NCBI GenBank assembly: GCA_003153215.1
Contig: PLXL01000061.1
Location: forward strand, 1-41,144
DNA from: Candidatus Dormiibacterota bacterium
GTDB lineage: Bacteria > Chloroflexota > Dormibacteria > Aeolococcales > Aeolococcaceae
Direction of reading: 5' to 3'
DNA: 41,144 nt
Shown: positions 17,046-25,335 of the stretch, one piece after another
How positions within the stretch are numbered: the first letter of the stretch is position 1
How the letters are laid out: each line of letters starts with the position of its first letter
Translations under genes and position numbers: made by a program
Notes under the pieces: model-generated
The model's database searches: none
What the model was told of the DNA's origin: nothing
What the model saw: only the letters and a program-made list of their open reading frames with translations

Positions 17046-18043
17046 TGAACGGGAACGTCATGGCCGCGGAGATGGCCGAGCAGCCTGCCGTGCTGGCGAG
17101 GCTCGTGGCCCGGGCTCCTCAAGACGCCGAGGCGGTGGGCATGATAGTGCCACGACCGCTGGCTGGCATTGTCCTCCTGGCGCGTGGATCATCGGACAAC
17201 GCGGCAGTGTTGGGACGGTACCTCACCGAGCTGGCCGCCGGACGACCAGCCGGACTCGCGGCGCCCAGCCTGTACACGCGCTATCGTGCGCAGGTCGACT
17301 GGCGCGGCTACCTGGTAGTCGCACTCAGTCAGTCGGGGGCCACCCCGGAGATCGTGACGACATGCCGGACGGTGCGTACCGCCGGAGCCGCTGTCGTTGG
17401 TATCACCAACGTGGCAGACAGTGAGCTGGCCTCCGCGAGCGATGTGGTGTTGGCCGCCGATGCCGGGCTGGAGCATGCGATCCCGGCCACCAAGACGGTC
17501 ACCGCCCAGATGCTGCTGCTGATCACGGTTGCTCAGGCACTCGGCCCGGTCGACGCAACCGCGGAGCAGCTGCTCGAGCTGCCCGCAGCGGTGAAGGGGA
17601 TCCTGGACGACAGCCGTCCGATCGATCTGCTGGCTGACCGCTGGGCTCAGGTGGATCGTCTCGTGGTTGCCGGGCGGGGGCTCGGATACGCGGCTGCCCT
17701 CGAATGCGCGCTCAAGGTGAAGGAGACAACCGGGATCCTGGCCGAGGGCATCTCCACCGCCGACCTGCGACACGGGCCCATCGCCGCCGTCAACGCCGGG
17801 GCTCCGGTCCTGCTCGTCGATGCGGGCGGCCCCGTCTTGCGAGACCTCGCCGACCTGCGCCGCCTGCTCACCGATCGGCATGCGGAGATGAGCACCCTGC
17901 CACTGGGATCACCCCTCCCTGAACTCCTGCAGGTCCTCATGGCCGTGGTGCGCGGTCAGCAACTGGCCCGTGCGCTGGCATTGGTGCGCCGTGTCGATCC
18001 GGACACCCCGGCGACCCTCACCAAGATCACCCTCACCGCATAG
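17042..18043 (+). CDS. Double-SIS-domain sugar-phosphate isomerase/deaminase (GlmS C-terminal/FrlB/AgaS-like; no glutaminase domain)
   Basis: 333 aa with SQSGATPEIV and ARGSSDNAA motifs typical of the GlmS isomerase-domain family. 4-nt overlap with the ROK gene. Confidence 0.85.
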   Translation: MMNGNVMAAEMAEQPAVLARLVARAPQDAEAVGMIVPRPLAGIVLLARGSSDNAAVLGRYLTELAAGRPAGLAAPSLYTRYRAQVDWRGYLVVALSQSGATPEIVTTCRTVRTAGAAVVGITNVADSELASASDVVLAADAGLEHAIPATKTVTAQMLLLITVAQALGPVDATAEQLLELPAAVKGILDDSRPIDLLADRWAQVDRLVVAGRGLGYAAALECALKVKETTGILAEGISTADLRHGPIAAVNAGAPVLLVDAGGPVLRDLADLRRLLTDRHAEMSTLPLGSPLPELLQVLMAVVRGQQLARALALVRRVDPDTPATLTKITLTA

Positions 18044-18287
18044 CCCGAGCCGCAGAGGCGGGCATTCGCCGAGGGATACCTCCCAAGGTGCCCACATCCG
18101 ACTGACCCTTGCCAGGCTGATCGTCAGCTGTCAAGGGATCGGCCGAGCAGAGTGGTTCTAGTTGTAGCCGGGCCCAGCTGCGGGTCCTGGACGGCTATCC
18201 CGTTCGCTGGCACCTTCCCGCACCACGGTACCGGGCTCGCCTTCGACCCCCAGCGTCATGGGGCGTTCGCCGCGATCGGCTCACATG

Positions 18288-18494
18288 TCACTCGTGAGCG
18301 CCAGTGCCACCCTCGTGAGCGTTCCAGTGACTCAAAGAATCGGGAGGTGTGGACAAGCAGTCGTAGTAGTTGGGGGGAGACGCCAGAGGTTCTTAGCAAA
18401 CGTGTCCGTCAAAGCGGGTCAGGCCCAGATCCGGCGCCAGAAGCAGCAACTGGTCGGGCTCGTATGGGCGGAAGGTCTTCTGGGCAGGGGGCAT
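18288..18494 (-). mobile_element. IS5/IS1182-like transposase N-terminal remnant (frameshifted)
   Basis: ATG 18494: MPPAQKTFRPYEPDQLLLLAPDL... resembles the (K)TFRPYDPDQLLLLPPDL start of IS1182/IS5-type transposases. A second frame reads DSLSHWNAHEGGTGAHE, loosely like the LDLSxxEAxYRGxG block. Nothing recognisable follows. Confidence 0.45.
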
Positions 18495-18583
18495 GGGCGA
18501 ATACCTCGACGACCACCGGCCGGATCTCAGGCGTTCGCCATTATCTCAAGCCAAACAACTGTTTTCCACACAGACTCCCAGAG

Positions 18584-19354
18584 CTACCGAGCCGTCCAGC
18601 CGCCATCGATCAGGATCGTCTCTCCCGTGATCAGCGCCGCCGCCGGGGACGCGAGGAACACGACGGCCCCAGTGACGTCGGCCGGCTCGCCGATGCGATG
18701 GAGACCGGCGATCCGCTCGATCACGTCGGCCCGGACGAGCGGATCGCGCAGGTCTGATTCGGTGCCCGGAGTGTTGATGAAAGTCGGCGCGACGGCGTTC
18801 ACGGTGACTCCATGGCGCCCCCATTCGACGGCGAGGCACTTGGTCAGGTGCGAGATCGCGGCCTTGGACATGCAGTACACGGATTCGCCGGGAAGCGCCA
18901 CGAAGCCCGCCTGAGAACCAAGGTTGACGATCCGGCCGTGCCCCTGGGCGATCATGACCCTGCCAACCGCCTGGCTGACGAAGAAGGTCCCCTTCAGGTT
19001 GACCGCGAGCGTCAGATCGAAGTCCGGCTCGGTGGCGTCTTCAGCGGGATTTGCCGGACCGACGCCGGCATTGTTGACGAGGATGTCCACGTGACCGAAG
19101 TGGGCAACGGCATCCGCCACCGCTTGGCGCACCTGACCGAGCTCGGTCACGTCCATCTGCAGGGGCAACCCATGGCGACCCATCGCCTCGATCTCCGCGG
19201 TCGGCCCCGGCCCGGCGCTGGCGTCGCGCAGGCCGAGCGCCACATCCGCGCCGGCGTTCGCGAGCGCGAGGGAGATCGCACGGCCCAAGCCGCGCGCCGC
19301 GCCCGTCACGATTGCAACCTGGCCCTCCAAGTCAAACCGCGGGTATACCTCCAT
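18584..19354 (-). CDS. SDR-family oxidoreductase (FabG/KduD-like)
   Basis: Start ATG 19354 (MEVYPRFDLEGQVAIVTGAARGLGRAISLALA) is preceded by GGGAGGCAAGGAAG. Motifs NNAG and YCMSKAA. The 298-aa track ORF is an over-extension. Confidence 0.9.
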   Translation of the reverse strand: MEVYPRFDLEGQVAIVTGAARGLGRAISLALANAGADVALGLRDASAGPGPTAEIEAMGRHGLPLQMDVTELGQVRQAVADAVAHFGHVDILVNNAGVGPANPAEDATEPDFDLTLAVNLKGTFFVSQAVGRVMIAQGHGRIVNLGSQAGFVALPGESVYCMSKAAISHLTKCLAVEWGRHGVTVNAVAPTFINTPGTESDLRDPLVRADVIERIAGLHRIGEPADVTGAVVFLASPAAALITGETILIDGGWTAR

Positions 19355-19649
19355 CTTCCTTGCCTCCCAGTTGACGTGCACCGACGAGCCGTAGAGTGGC
19401 ACAAGCGGTCGGCCCTCCGCGCGCTCGGGCGCCTGTCGCTCGCCCTGGCATCTTTGAATTCGGTCTGGCCCGTCCAGCACGTGTTCCGATACGGACCGAC
19501 GGCCATTCGGATGCCAGGCACCCTCGTAAGGCGTGTGGAACTGGTCATGGTCCCGTGCGGGTGGATAATCGGAGCGCGCGGCCTCGTGGTCGTACGAGGT
19601 GCGTGAGCGCGAAGACGACCATCGCCCATTTGCCCATCAGGTGGCGGGT

Positions 19650-19681
19650 CTAGCCTCGATCTTTCACCGAGGTAGCCGGGC
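19650..19681 (-). repeat. 32-nt repeat copy B (solo IS1380-type end)
   Basis: CTAGCCTCGATCTTTCACCGAGGTAGCCGGGC is the exact reverse complement of 6754-6785. Loose similarity continues about 10 nt inward. It abuts the truncated ATPase gene. Confidence 0.9.
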
Positions 19682-20402
19682 AGCGCCCTGGGGGTCATGA
19701 GCCAGGGGGAGCTCAACTGCCTTGCGCTCAGCCTCTTCCTCCCACGTGCCCGCATGGCGGAGTCGCCCTTCCGGTTCATCGTCATCGACGACCCCGTCCA
19801 GGCCATGGATCCCGTCAAGGTGGAGGGCCTGGCCCGGGTTCTGGGGAACGTGGCCAAGGACCGTCAGGTGGTCGTCCTCACCTACGACGACCGGCTGCCC
19901 CAGGCGGTCCGACGTCTCGACATGGAGGCGACCATCATCGAACTGGTCCGGCGTGAGCAGTCGGTGGTGGAGCTCCGCGCCGCGTTCGACCCGGTCCGCC
20001 GGCACATCGAGGACGCCCTCGCGGTCGCGCAGAGCAAGAATCTCCCCCGGAGACCCACCGTGTCGTCCCTGGATTCTGTCGCCTTGCACTGGAAGCCGCC
20101 GCCCGGGAGGCCTCACCCGCCGCCTCGCCCACGAGGGCAAGCCGTACGAGGAGATCGAGGCAGCGCTGGAGCGTCCGACCACCCTTCTGATGTGGCTGGC
20201 CCTGGCCTTCTTCGAGGACGAGGGCCGGGCCGGGGATGTGATGGCCTACCTCAACCGCCAGTCGCCGGCGGGCGCCGACGCCGTCGCCATCTGCAACCGG
20301 GGGGCCCACAAGGCTGTCACCCGCGAGCAGCAGATGACGACCATTCGCGCCGTCGAGGAGCTCACCGGCAGGATGCGGGAGGGCACCGGTGGCGACCGCT
20401 GA
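19676..20402 (+). pseudogene. C-terminal remnant of an SMC/RecF/ABC-like ATPase (5' part missing, two frameshifts)
   Basis: SQGELNCLALSLFLPRA (signature-like) and FRFIVIDDPVQAMDP (Walker B/D-loop). Frame changes at C runs near 20044-20048 and 20105-20112 restore ...PETHRVVPGFCRLALEAAAREA / LTRRLAHEGKPYEEIEAALERPTTLLMWLALAFFEDEG... ending at TGA 20400-20402. Confidence 0.6.
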
Positions 20403-20796
20403 AGCCCCCGACGCCCACTCCCTGGTGTCGACGGCACGCGACCTGATCCACTTCGACGACCCGCAGACGGCCGGCCTCTGGCCGCGAGCTGCAGCTCTGC
20501 TTGGGCGTCAGGCCATCGAGGCCGCCATGGAGGACCTCTGGCATCTCAGTGCCCCCGGCCTGGAGGACACCAGCGCCAGGTGCCAGCTCCTCTGCCTCTC
20601 CCAGTTCCTCGGCGATCCCGACCTCGCCGGCCGCATCCACGCAGCCTGACACGGCCTCTCCCGCTCCTGCCGCATCCAGACCTACGAGCTCGCCCTCATC
20701 GCCACCGAGCTCCAGGGCTGGCTGGAAACCGCGTGGGCCCTCGCTGAGCACGTATACCGCATCCGCGGCAAGGTCGCCGGCGTCACTCCTACGTAG
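20389..20796 (+). pseudogene. Small helical hypothetical protein with an in-frame TGA (20647-20649)
   Basis: ATG 20389 overlaps the ATPase stop by 14 nt. The frame is continuous to TAG 20794-20796 if TGA at 20647 is read through (…GRIHAA*HGLSRSCRIQTYELALIATELQGWLETAWALAEHV…). Confidence 0.4.
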
Positions 20797-20888
20797 TCGG
20801 ATCGGAAGCTAACCCCCGTGCTGCCGGGTGTCAGGCAACCCACGTGGCGCCTCCTTGAACATCTGATCGTCCACCGTAAAATCGACCC

Positions 20889-21966
20889 ATGGCCGACAAG
20901 GTGACTCTCCGCATTCAACCGCTGTTTCCCGTGCAGGAGATTTCGCGCCTGGCCTCCCACCGCACGCTGCCTCCTGGCCCAGGCCAGCCCCGACAAGGCG
21001 TCGCTCTGCCGATAACCGTGATCTACGACCATCTGACTGGCCGTCCTGCCGCCTTCATCGAGTTGGGCTTCAAGCCAGACGGTAACTTCCCGGAGCCGCT
21101 CTCCCCCGAACCTTGGGATGCGATTCGGAGGCAATTCGAACTCCCTCCGATCGAGAACCAGGATCCGGCTCACCCCTTTTCGGGGTGGGCACAGAATCGA
21201 GTTCGGCCCTTTCACGATCGTTCGTGGTCCCAAGGCATTGGGCCTGCTCCTACCGACACCGGAGCCCGCCTGGGAGGCCTCCGTGCAGCGGGCGGGCTCG
21301 TGTCTGGTCGCGCTTGGTTGCGGCCTTGGCGTCACCGACGACTCCTTCATCGTGGTGCCCGAGGGTGCTGCGATCTTCGTCGCAACCTATGGCGGTTCGT
21401 TTCCCGCTCCGAGCTTGGACGGCATCCCAGGTCTGCATGTTCTCCCCCTCACGACGGATGCGTACGACCCTCGGGCACCGAGCAGCTTTGTGATCGACTC
21501 CGACGTCCTGATCGAGATCGAGCGTTTCTGCGTCACCCCAAGTTGCGAGGGAGATCGGGTCGAGCGGATTCGCCACCTGCTACTACTCAACATTGCCTAT
21601 CGCGACCTTCTCCCGGGTCTCGCCCTCGCACAGGTGCACCAGCCGGGGCGCAGATCCACCAATGTCGACACTGCCACGTGCGCGGCCAAGGCCGTCCACG
21701 AGGTGATAGATTGGGACCGTGCTCGCATCTCCACCCACGACCCCCCTGCCAGAGCTTCCGACCAGGCTTCCTGGAGGACTTTACTGGGACCGCCTCAGAC
21801 GCCCGGATGCTCGCCCTCTACGCTGGGGTGCTCAGACTTCGTCGCCTCTAGCATCCGAACGCGCGGCTACGCGACCGTGTTATTTCCTTCGAAGCGTTCG
21901 TCCGCTGGATGCGGACCGACCTCCGAAGCCGGCCGAGGTCGAGCGCATCGAGCACGCTGGGGCTAA
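20889..21966 (+). pseudogene. Hypothetical gene spread over at least three frames
   Basis: Protein-like segments lie in frame 20889 (MADKVTLRIQPLFPVQEISRL...AIRRQFELPPIENQDPAHPF), frame 21118 (...GVTDDSFIVVPEGAAIFVATYGG...FVIDSDVLIEIERFCVTP...AKAVHEVIDWDRARIS) and again frame 20889 (FLEDFTGTASDARMLALYAGVLRL). No family recognised. Confidence 0.35.
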
Positions 21967-21990
21967 GGTTGTGATGGTGACGCCGGAGCG

Positions 21991-22695
21991 GTGACCGACC
22001 TGCCCATCGAGGCGGTCGTCTTCGACATGGACGGCGTTCTCATCGACAGCGAGCCGGTGTGGCGGGTCGCCGAGGTCGAGGTGTTCGCCGAATTCGGAAT
22101 AGACCTGACCGAGGACGAGTTGCTCGCCACCATCGGTCTACCGATCGACAAGACCATTGCCCTCATCTGGCGCAGCCGTCCCCCGGCTGTCCGGGGTGCC
22201 GGGCGGCCGGGCGATGCGGAGATCACCAGGCGTATCGCGGATCGGGTCTTGGCCCATGTCCGCCTTCACGGGGAGCCCATGCCCGGGGTGAGGTGGGCGA
22301 TCGCTCTCCTGAGCAGCCTGGGGCTCCGCGCTGCCATCGCCTCCTCGTCCCCATCCGCCGTGATCGATGCCGTCTGCGACCGCCTCGATCTCGACACTGT
22401 CCAGGTGCGGTGTTCGACGTCGGACGAAGCCAGGGGCAAGCCAGCTCCCGACGTCTACCTCACCGCCGCTCGGCGGCTGCGGCTCAGTCCCTCCAGCTGC
22501 CTGGGCATCGAGGACTCACCAAGTGGTGTGGCGGCGGCGAAGGCCGCGGGGATGCGGTGCCTTGCCGTTCCCGACCCCCTGCTGGCTGCGGACCCCGTCT
22601 ACCGGAAGGCCGATCTCGTCCTCACCTCTCTCAGCGAGCTCAGCGAACCGATCCTGCGGTCGCTCGGCTGGCTCCCCGCGGGCGCGAGGCCCTGA
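21991..22695 (+). CDS. HAD-superfamily hydrolase (beta-phosphoglucomutase/sugar-phosphatase subfamily)
   Basis: Motif I VVFDMDGVLIDSEP, motif II ASSS, and a C-terminal GIEDSPSGVAAAKAAGM motif. 234 aa. Confidence 0.85.
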   Translation: MTDLPIEAVVFDMDGVLIDSEPVWRVAEVEVFAEFGIDLTEDELLATIGLPIDKTIALIWRSRPPAVRGAGRPGDAEITRRIADRVLAHVRLHGEPMPGVRWAIALLSSLGLRAAIASSSPSAVIDAVCDRLDLDTVQVRCSTSDEARGKPAPDVYLTAARRLRLSPSSCLGIEDSPSGVAAAKAAGMRCLAVPDPLLAADPVYRKADLVLTSLSELSEPILRSLGWLPAGARP

Positions 22696-22983
22696 CCGCC
22701 CGCCCGGCTGCGGGTCCGCGTGGCTGCGGCCAGCGCCGATCCATCACCGACGCCGGCCGTGGGGCCGCGCAGCGTCCGCCCGAGACCGGCGCGGCACCCG
22801 CCCTCAGCTCGCCTGGGGCAGCGCAACCGCGGCGCTGTCGTCCGACTTCTCGGTGGCCAGGTCGGCGCCCGGCCGGCGGACGGTAAGGAGCTTCACGAAC
22901 TCGGCGAGGACTCGGTGCTGAAGTTGTGAAGAGACACCAAACTGTCACCCGCCCCGTCATCAAACTGATGCTTCTATGGTTTG

Positions 22984-23662
22984 TCAAGCAGCATGGGCAA
23001 GTTCGCGCTCGGCGACGATGACTCGGAAGACCTCACGTGCGACGTAGCGCTTGAGGCAGCGGATGATCTCCTTCTTGGAGAGGCCCTCGGCGGTTCTGCA
23101 GGCCACGTAGTCCCTGGTTGGGTGATGCCACCGGAGGCGACCGATGACGATGCGCCAGAGGGCGTTGTTGGCCTGCCGGCCGGTCGTCTTGCCGGATGAG
23201 GCTGGCAGCGGCGCCACGCCGCAGAGCTGCGCGAAGCTGGCCTCGGAGCGCAGCCTCTCGGGGTTGTCGCCAGCGGCCACCAGGAGTGCTCCCGCCACAT
23301 CTGCGCCGACGCCCTTGAGGGCGCACAGCTCGGGCGCGACCTCCTGGGTGAGACGCTCGAGCTCGACGTTCAGCGTGGCAATCTCGTTGCCGAGGTGCTG
23401 ATGGCGTCGCGCCAGAACCCGCAGGGTCATCTTGGCCGCCGCCATCGGCGTGGTGATCGGTCTGGGCCGGAAGGCCGCCAGGGTCTCGATGAGACTCCTG
23501 CCGGTGAGCGACCGCAACTGCTCGCGGAGATCAGCCGGAGCCGTGACCAGCAGGGAGTGGATCTGGTTGACGATCTGCATCGTGCTGTGGACGGCCGAGC
23601 GGCGAGCCACCCGCAGGGTGCAGTACGCCGAGTTTGGCCTTGAGCCGGGCTAGGGTACTGAC
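22984..23662 (-). mobile_element. IS110-family recombinase gene, C-terminal (Transposase_20-type) half
   Basis: Minus strand from 23662: SVP*PGSRPNSAYCTLRVARRSAVHSTMQIVNQIHSLLVTAPADLREQLRSL...LKGVGADVAGALLVAAGDNPERLRSEASFAQLCGVAPLPASSGKTTGR...KEIIRCLKRYVAREVF. There is no N-terminal domain upstream. Confidence 0.8.
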
Positions 23663-24017
23663 CGGTCCCCTATGCTGGTAAACGCCTATGAGGGATCCCG
23701 GTTACGCCCCTTCACAGCTGACCGGAGGCTTTCGCGAGTTTGGCCACCGTCGTTGCGAGTTTCTTCCGAGCACCGGGGAGCGAGCAGCGGACGCTAGTCG
23801 CTCCCTGATGTTGGCGTCTATCGCGTCGGCAGCGTCGAGTTGGCTGGGAAGGTTCTCACGCGCGAGATCATAGACGACGTCGTAATCCGGATTCTTAAGT
23901 CATGGGTGTCCTCGACAACCGGGACCTCCGACTCGTACTAACCAACACCCGCGGCCTTCACGACCCCCTATACCCCCTCGCCGATCTCGACCCGGAGTCA
24001 TCGCCAGCAGTGAGACC

Positions 24018-25307
24018 TCACGGGTAGATACCTCGGACCGTGGTGGCTTCGGCGACCCGCTCGACCGCCACCGCGTAGGCGCCCAGGCGAAGCGGTACCC
24101 CGAGGCGCTTGGATGCCTCCCAGGACGAGTTGAAAGCACCGGTGATGATGTGCTCGAGGCGGTTGTTGATCTCGTTCTCCTCCCAGAAGAAGGACTGCAG
24201 ATCCTGCACCCACTCGAAATAGGAGACGATGACCCCCCCGGCGTTGGCGACGATATCGGGGACGACGGTCACCCCGCGCCGGACCAGGATGTCGTCGGCG
24301 TCGGGGGTGGTCGGCCCGTTGGCCGCCTCGAGGATCAGCGAGGCCTTGACCCGCCCCGCGTTGCTCGCCGTGATCTGGTTCTCCAGGGCGGCCGGAACGA
24401 GCACGTCGACCGGCGCCTCGAGCAGCTCGGCGTTGCTGATCGGCCGGGTGCCGGGGAAGCCGACGACCGACCCGGTGCGCTGCTTGTGCTCGATGACCGC
24501 CTTGATGTCCAGCCCCTGCTCGCTGTAGATGCCACCGGCGCTGTCCGAGACGGCCCGGATGCTGAAGCCGTCGTCCGCCATCAGTCCGGCAGCGATGCTC
24601 CCGGCGTTGCCGAAGCCCTGCACCGCGACCGTCAAAGCCTTGGGTTCCCTGTCCAGCCGGCGGCAAGCCTGGAGGGCAACGATCGCCACCCCGCGGCCGG
24701 TGGCCGCGTTACGCCCCTGGCTGCCCCCCACCGAGAGCGGCTTGCCCGTGACGACGGCCGGGACCGAGTAGCCGGCCGCCATCGACACGGTATCCATGAT
24801 CCAGGCCATCACCTGGGGGGTGGTGTTGACGTCGGGGGCGGGGATGTCCCGCTCCGGGCCGATCAGCACCGAGATCTCGCTGGCGTAGCGGCGGGTTAGC
24901 CTCTCCAATTCGCTGCGGCTGAGCCGCTTGGGGTCGACGATCACCCCGCCCTTGGCGCCGCCGAAGGGGATCCCGGCGGCGGCGCACTTCCAGGTCATCC
25001 ACATCGCCAGGGCCTTCACCTCGCTCAAGGTGACCTGGGAGTGGTAGCGAATGCCGCCTTTGGCCGGGCCCCGAACCAGGTTGTGTTGGACCCGGTAGCC
25101 CTCGAACACCCGGACCGACCCATCGTCCATCTTGACCGGGAAGTTGACGATCAGCTGGCGCTGGGGCTCGCGGAGAATCTCCCGTACGCCGTGGTCCAGG
25201 TTGAGGATCTGGGCTGCGGCGTCGAACTGCCGCTGCGCATTGAGCCAGGGATCGTCGACCCCCAGCGATGTGACAACCGTTTCCGTAGCCATGATGTTCA
25301 CCTCCAA
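24018..25307 (-). CDS. gdh: Glutamate dehydrogenase (Glu/Leu/Phe/Val dehydrogenase family)
   Basis: 429 aa with the catalytic-Lys motif IPFGGAKGGV and the dinucleotide-fold GFGNAGS. Typical hexameric GDH length. The start may be the MATETV Met at 25292. Confidence 0.95.
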   Translation of the reverse strand: MEVNIMATETVVTSLGVDDPWLNAQRQFDAAAQILNLDHGVREILREPQRQLIVNFPVKMDDGSVRVFEGYRVQHNLVRGPAKGGIRYHSQVTLSEVKALAMWMTWKCAAAGIPFGGAKGGVIVDPKRLSRSELERLTRRYASEISVLIGPERDIPAPDVNTTPQVMAWIMDTVSMAAGYSVPAVVTGKPLSVGGSQGRNAATGRGVAIVALQACRRLDREPKALTVAVQGFGNAGSIAAGLMADDGFSIRAVSDSAGGIYSEQGLDIKAVIEHKQRTGSVVGFPGTRPISNAELLEAPVDVLVPAALENQITASNAGRVKASLILEAANGPTTPDADDILVRRGVTVVPDIVANAGGVIVSYFEWVQDLQSFFWEENEINNRLEHIITGAFNSSWEASKRLGVPLRLGAYAVAVERVAEATTVRGIYP

Positions 25308-25335
25308 GCGAGTACGTCATTTGCCATGCGAAGTG

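Noticed and set aside
20682-21350. 222-aa minus-strand ORF opposite the multi-frame gene
   Set aside because: Arg/Ser/Gly-rich with no motif. The plus-strand segments look more protein-like, although that gene is itself decayed.
23688-23899. 61-aa plus-strand ORF, and a minus-strand frame reading KNPDYDVVYDLARENLPSQLDAADAIDANIRE... downstream of gdh
   Set aside because: The minus frame looks protein-like but has no possible start codon (a stop lies immediately upstream and there is no ATG/GTG/TTG early). The plus ORF has no support. It is probably another gene fragment and is not callable.
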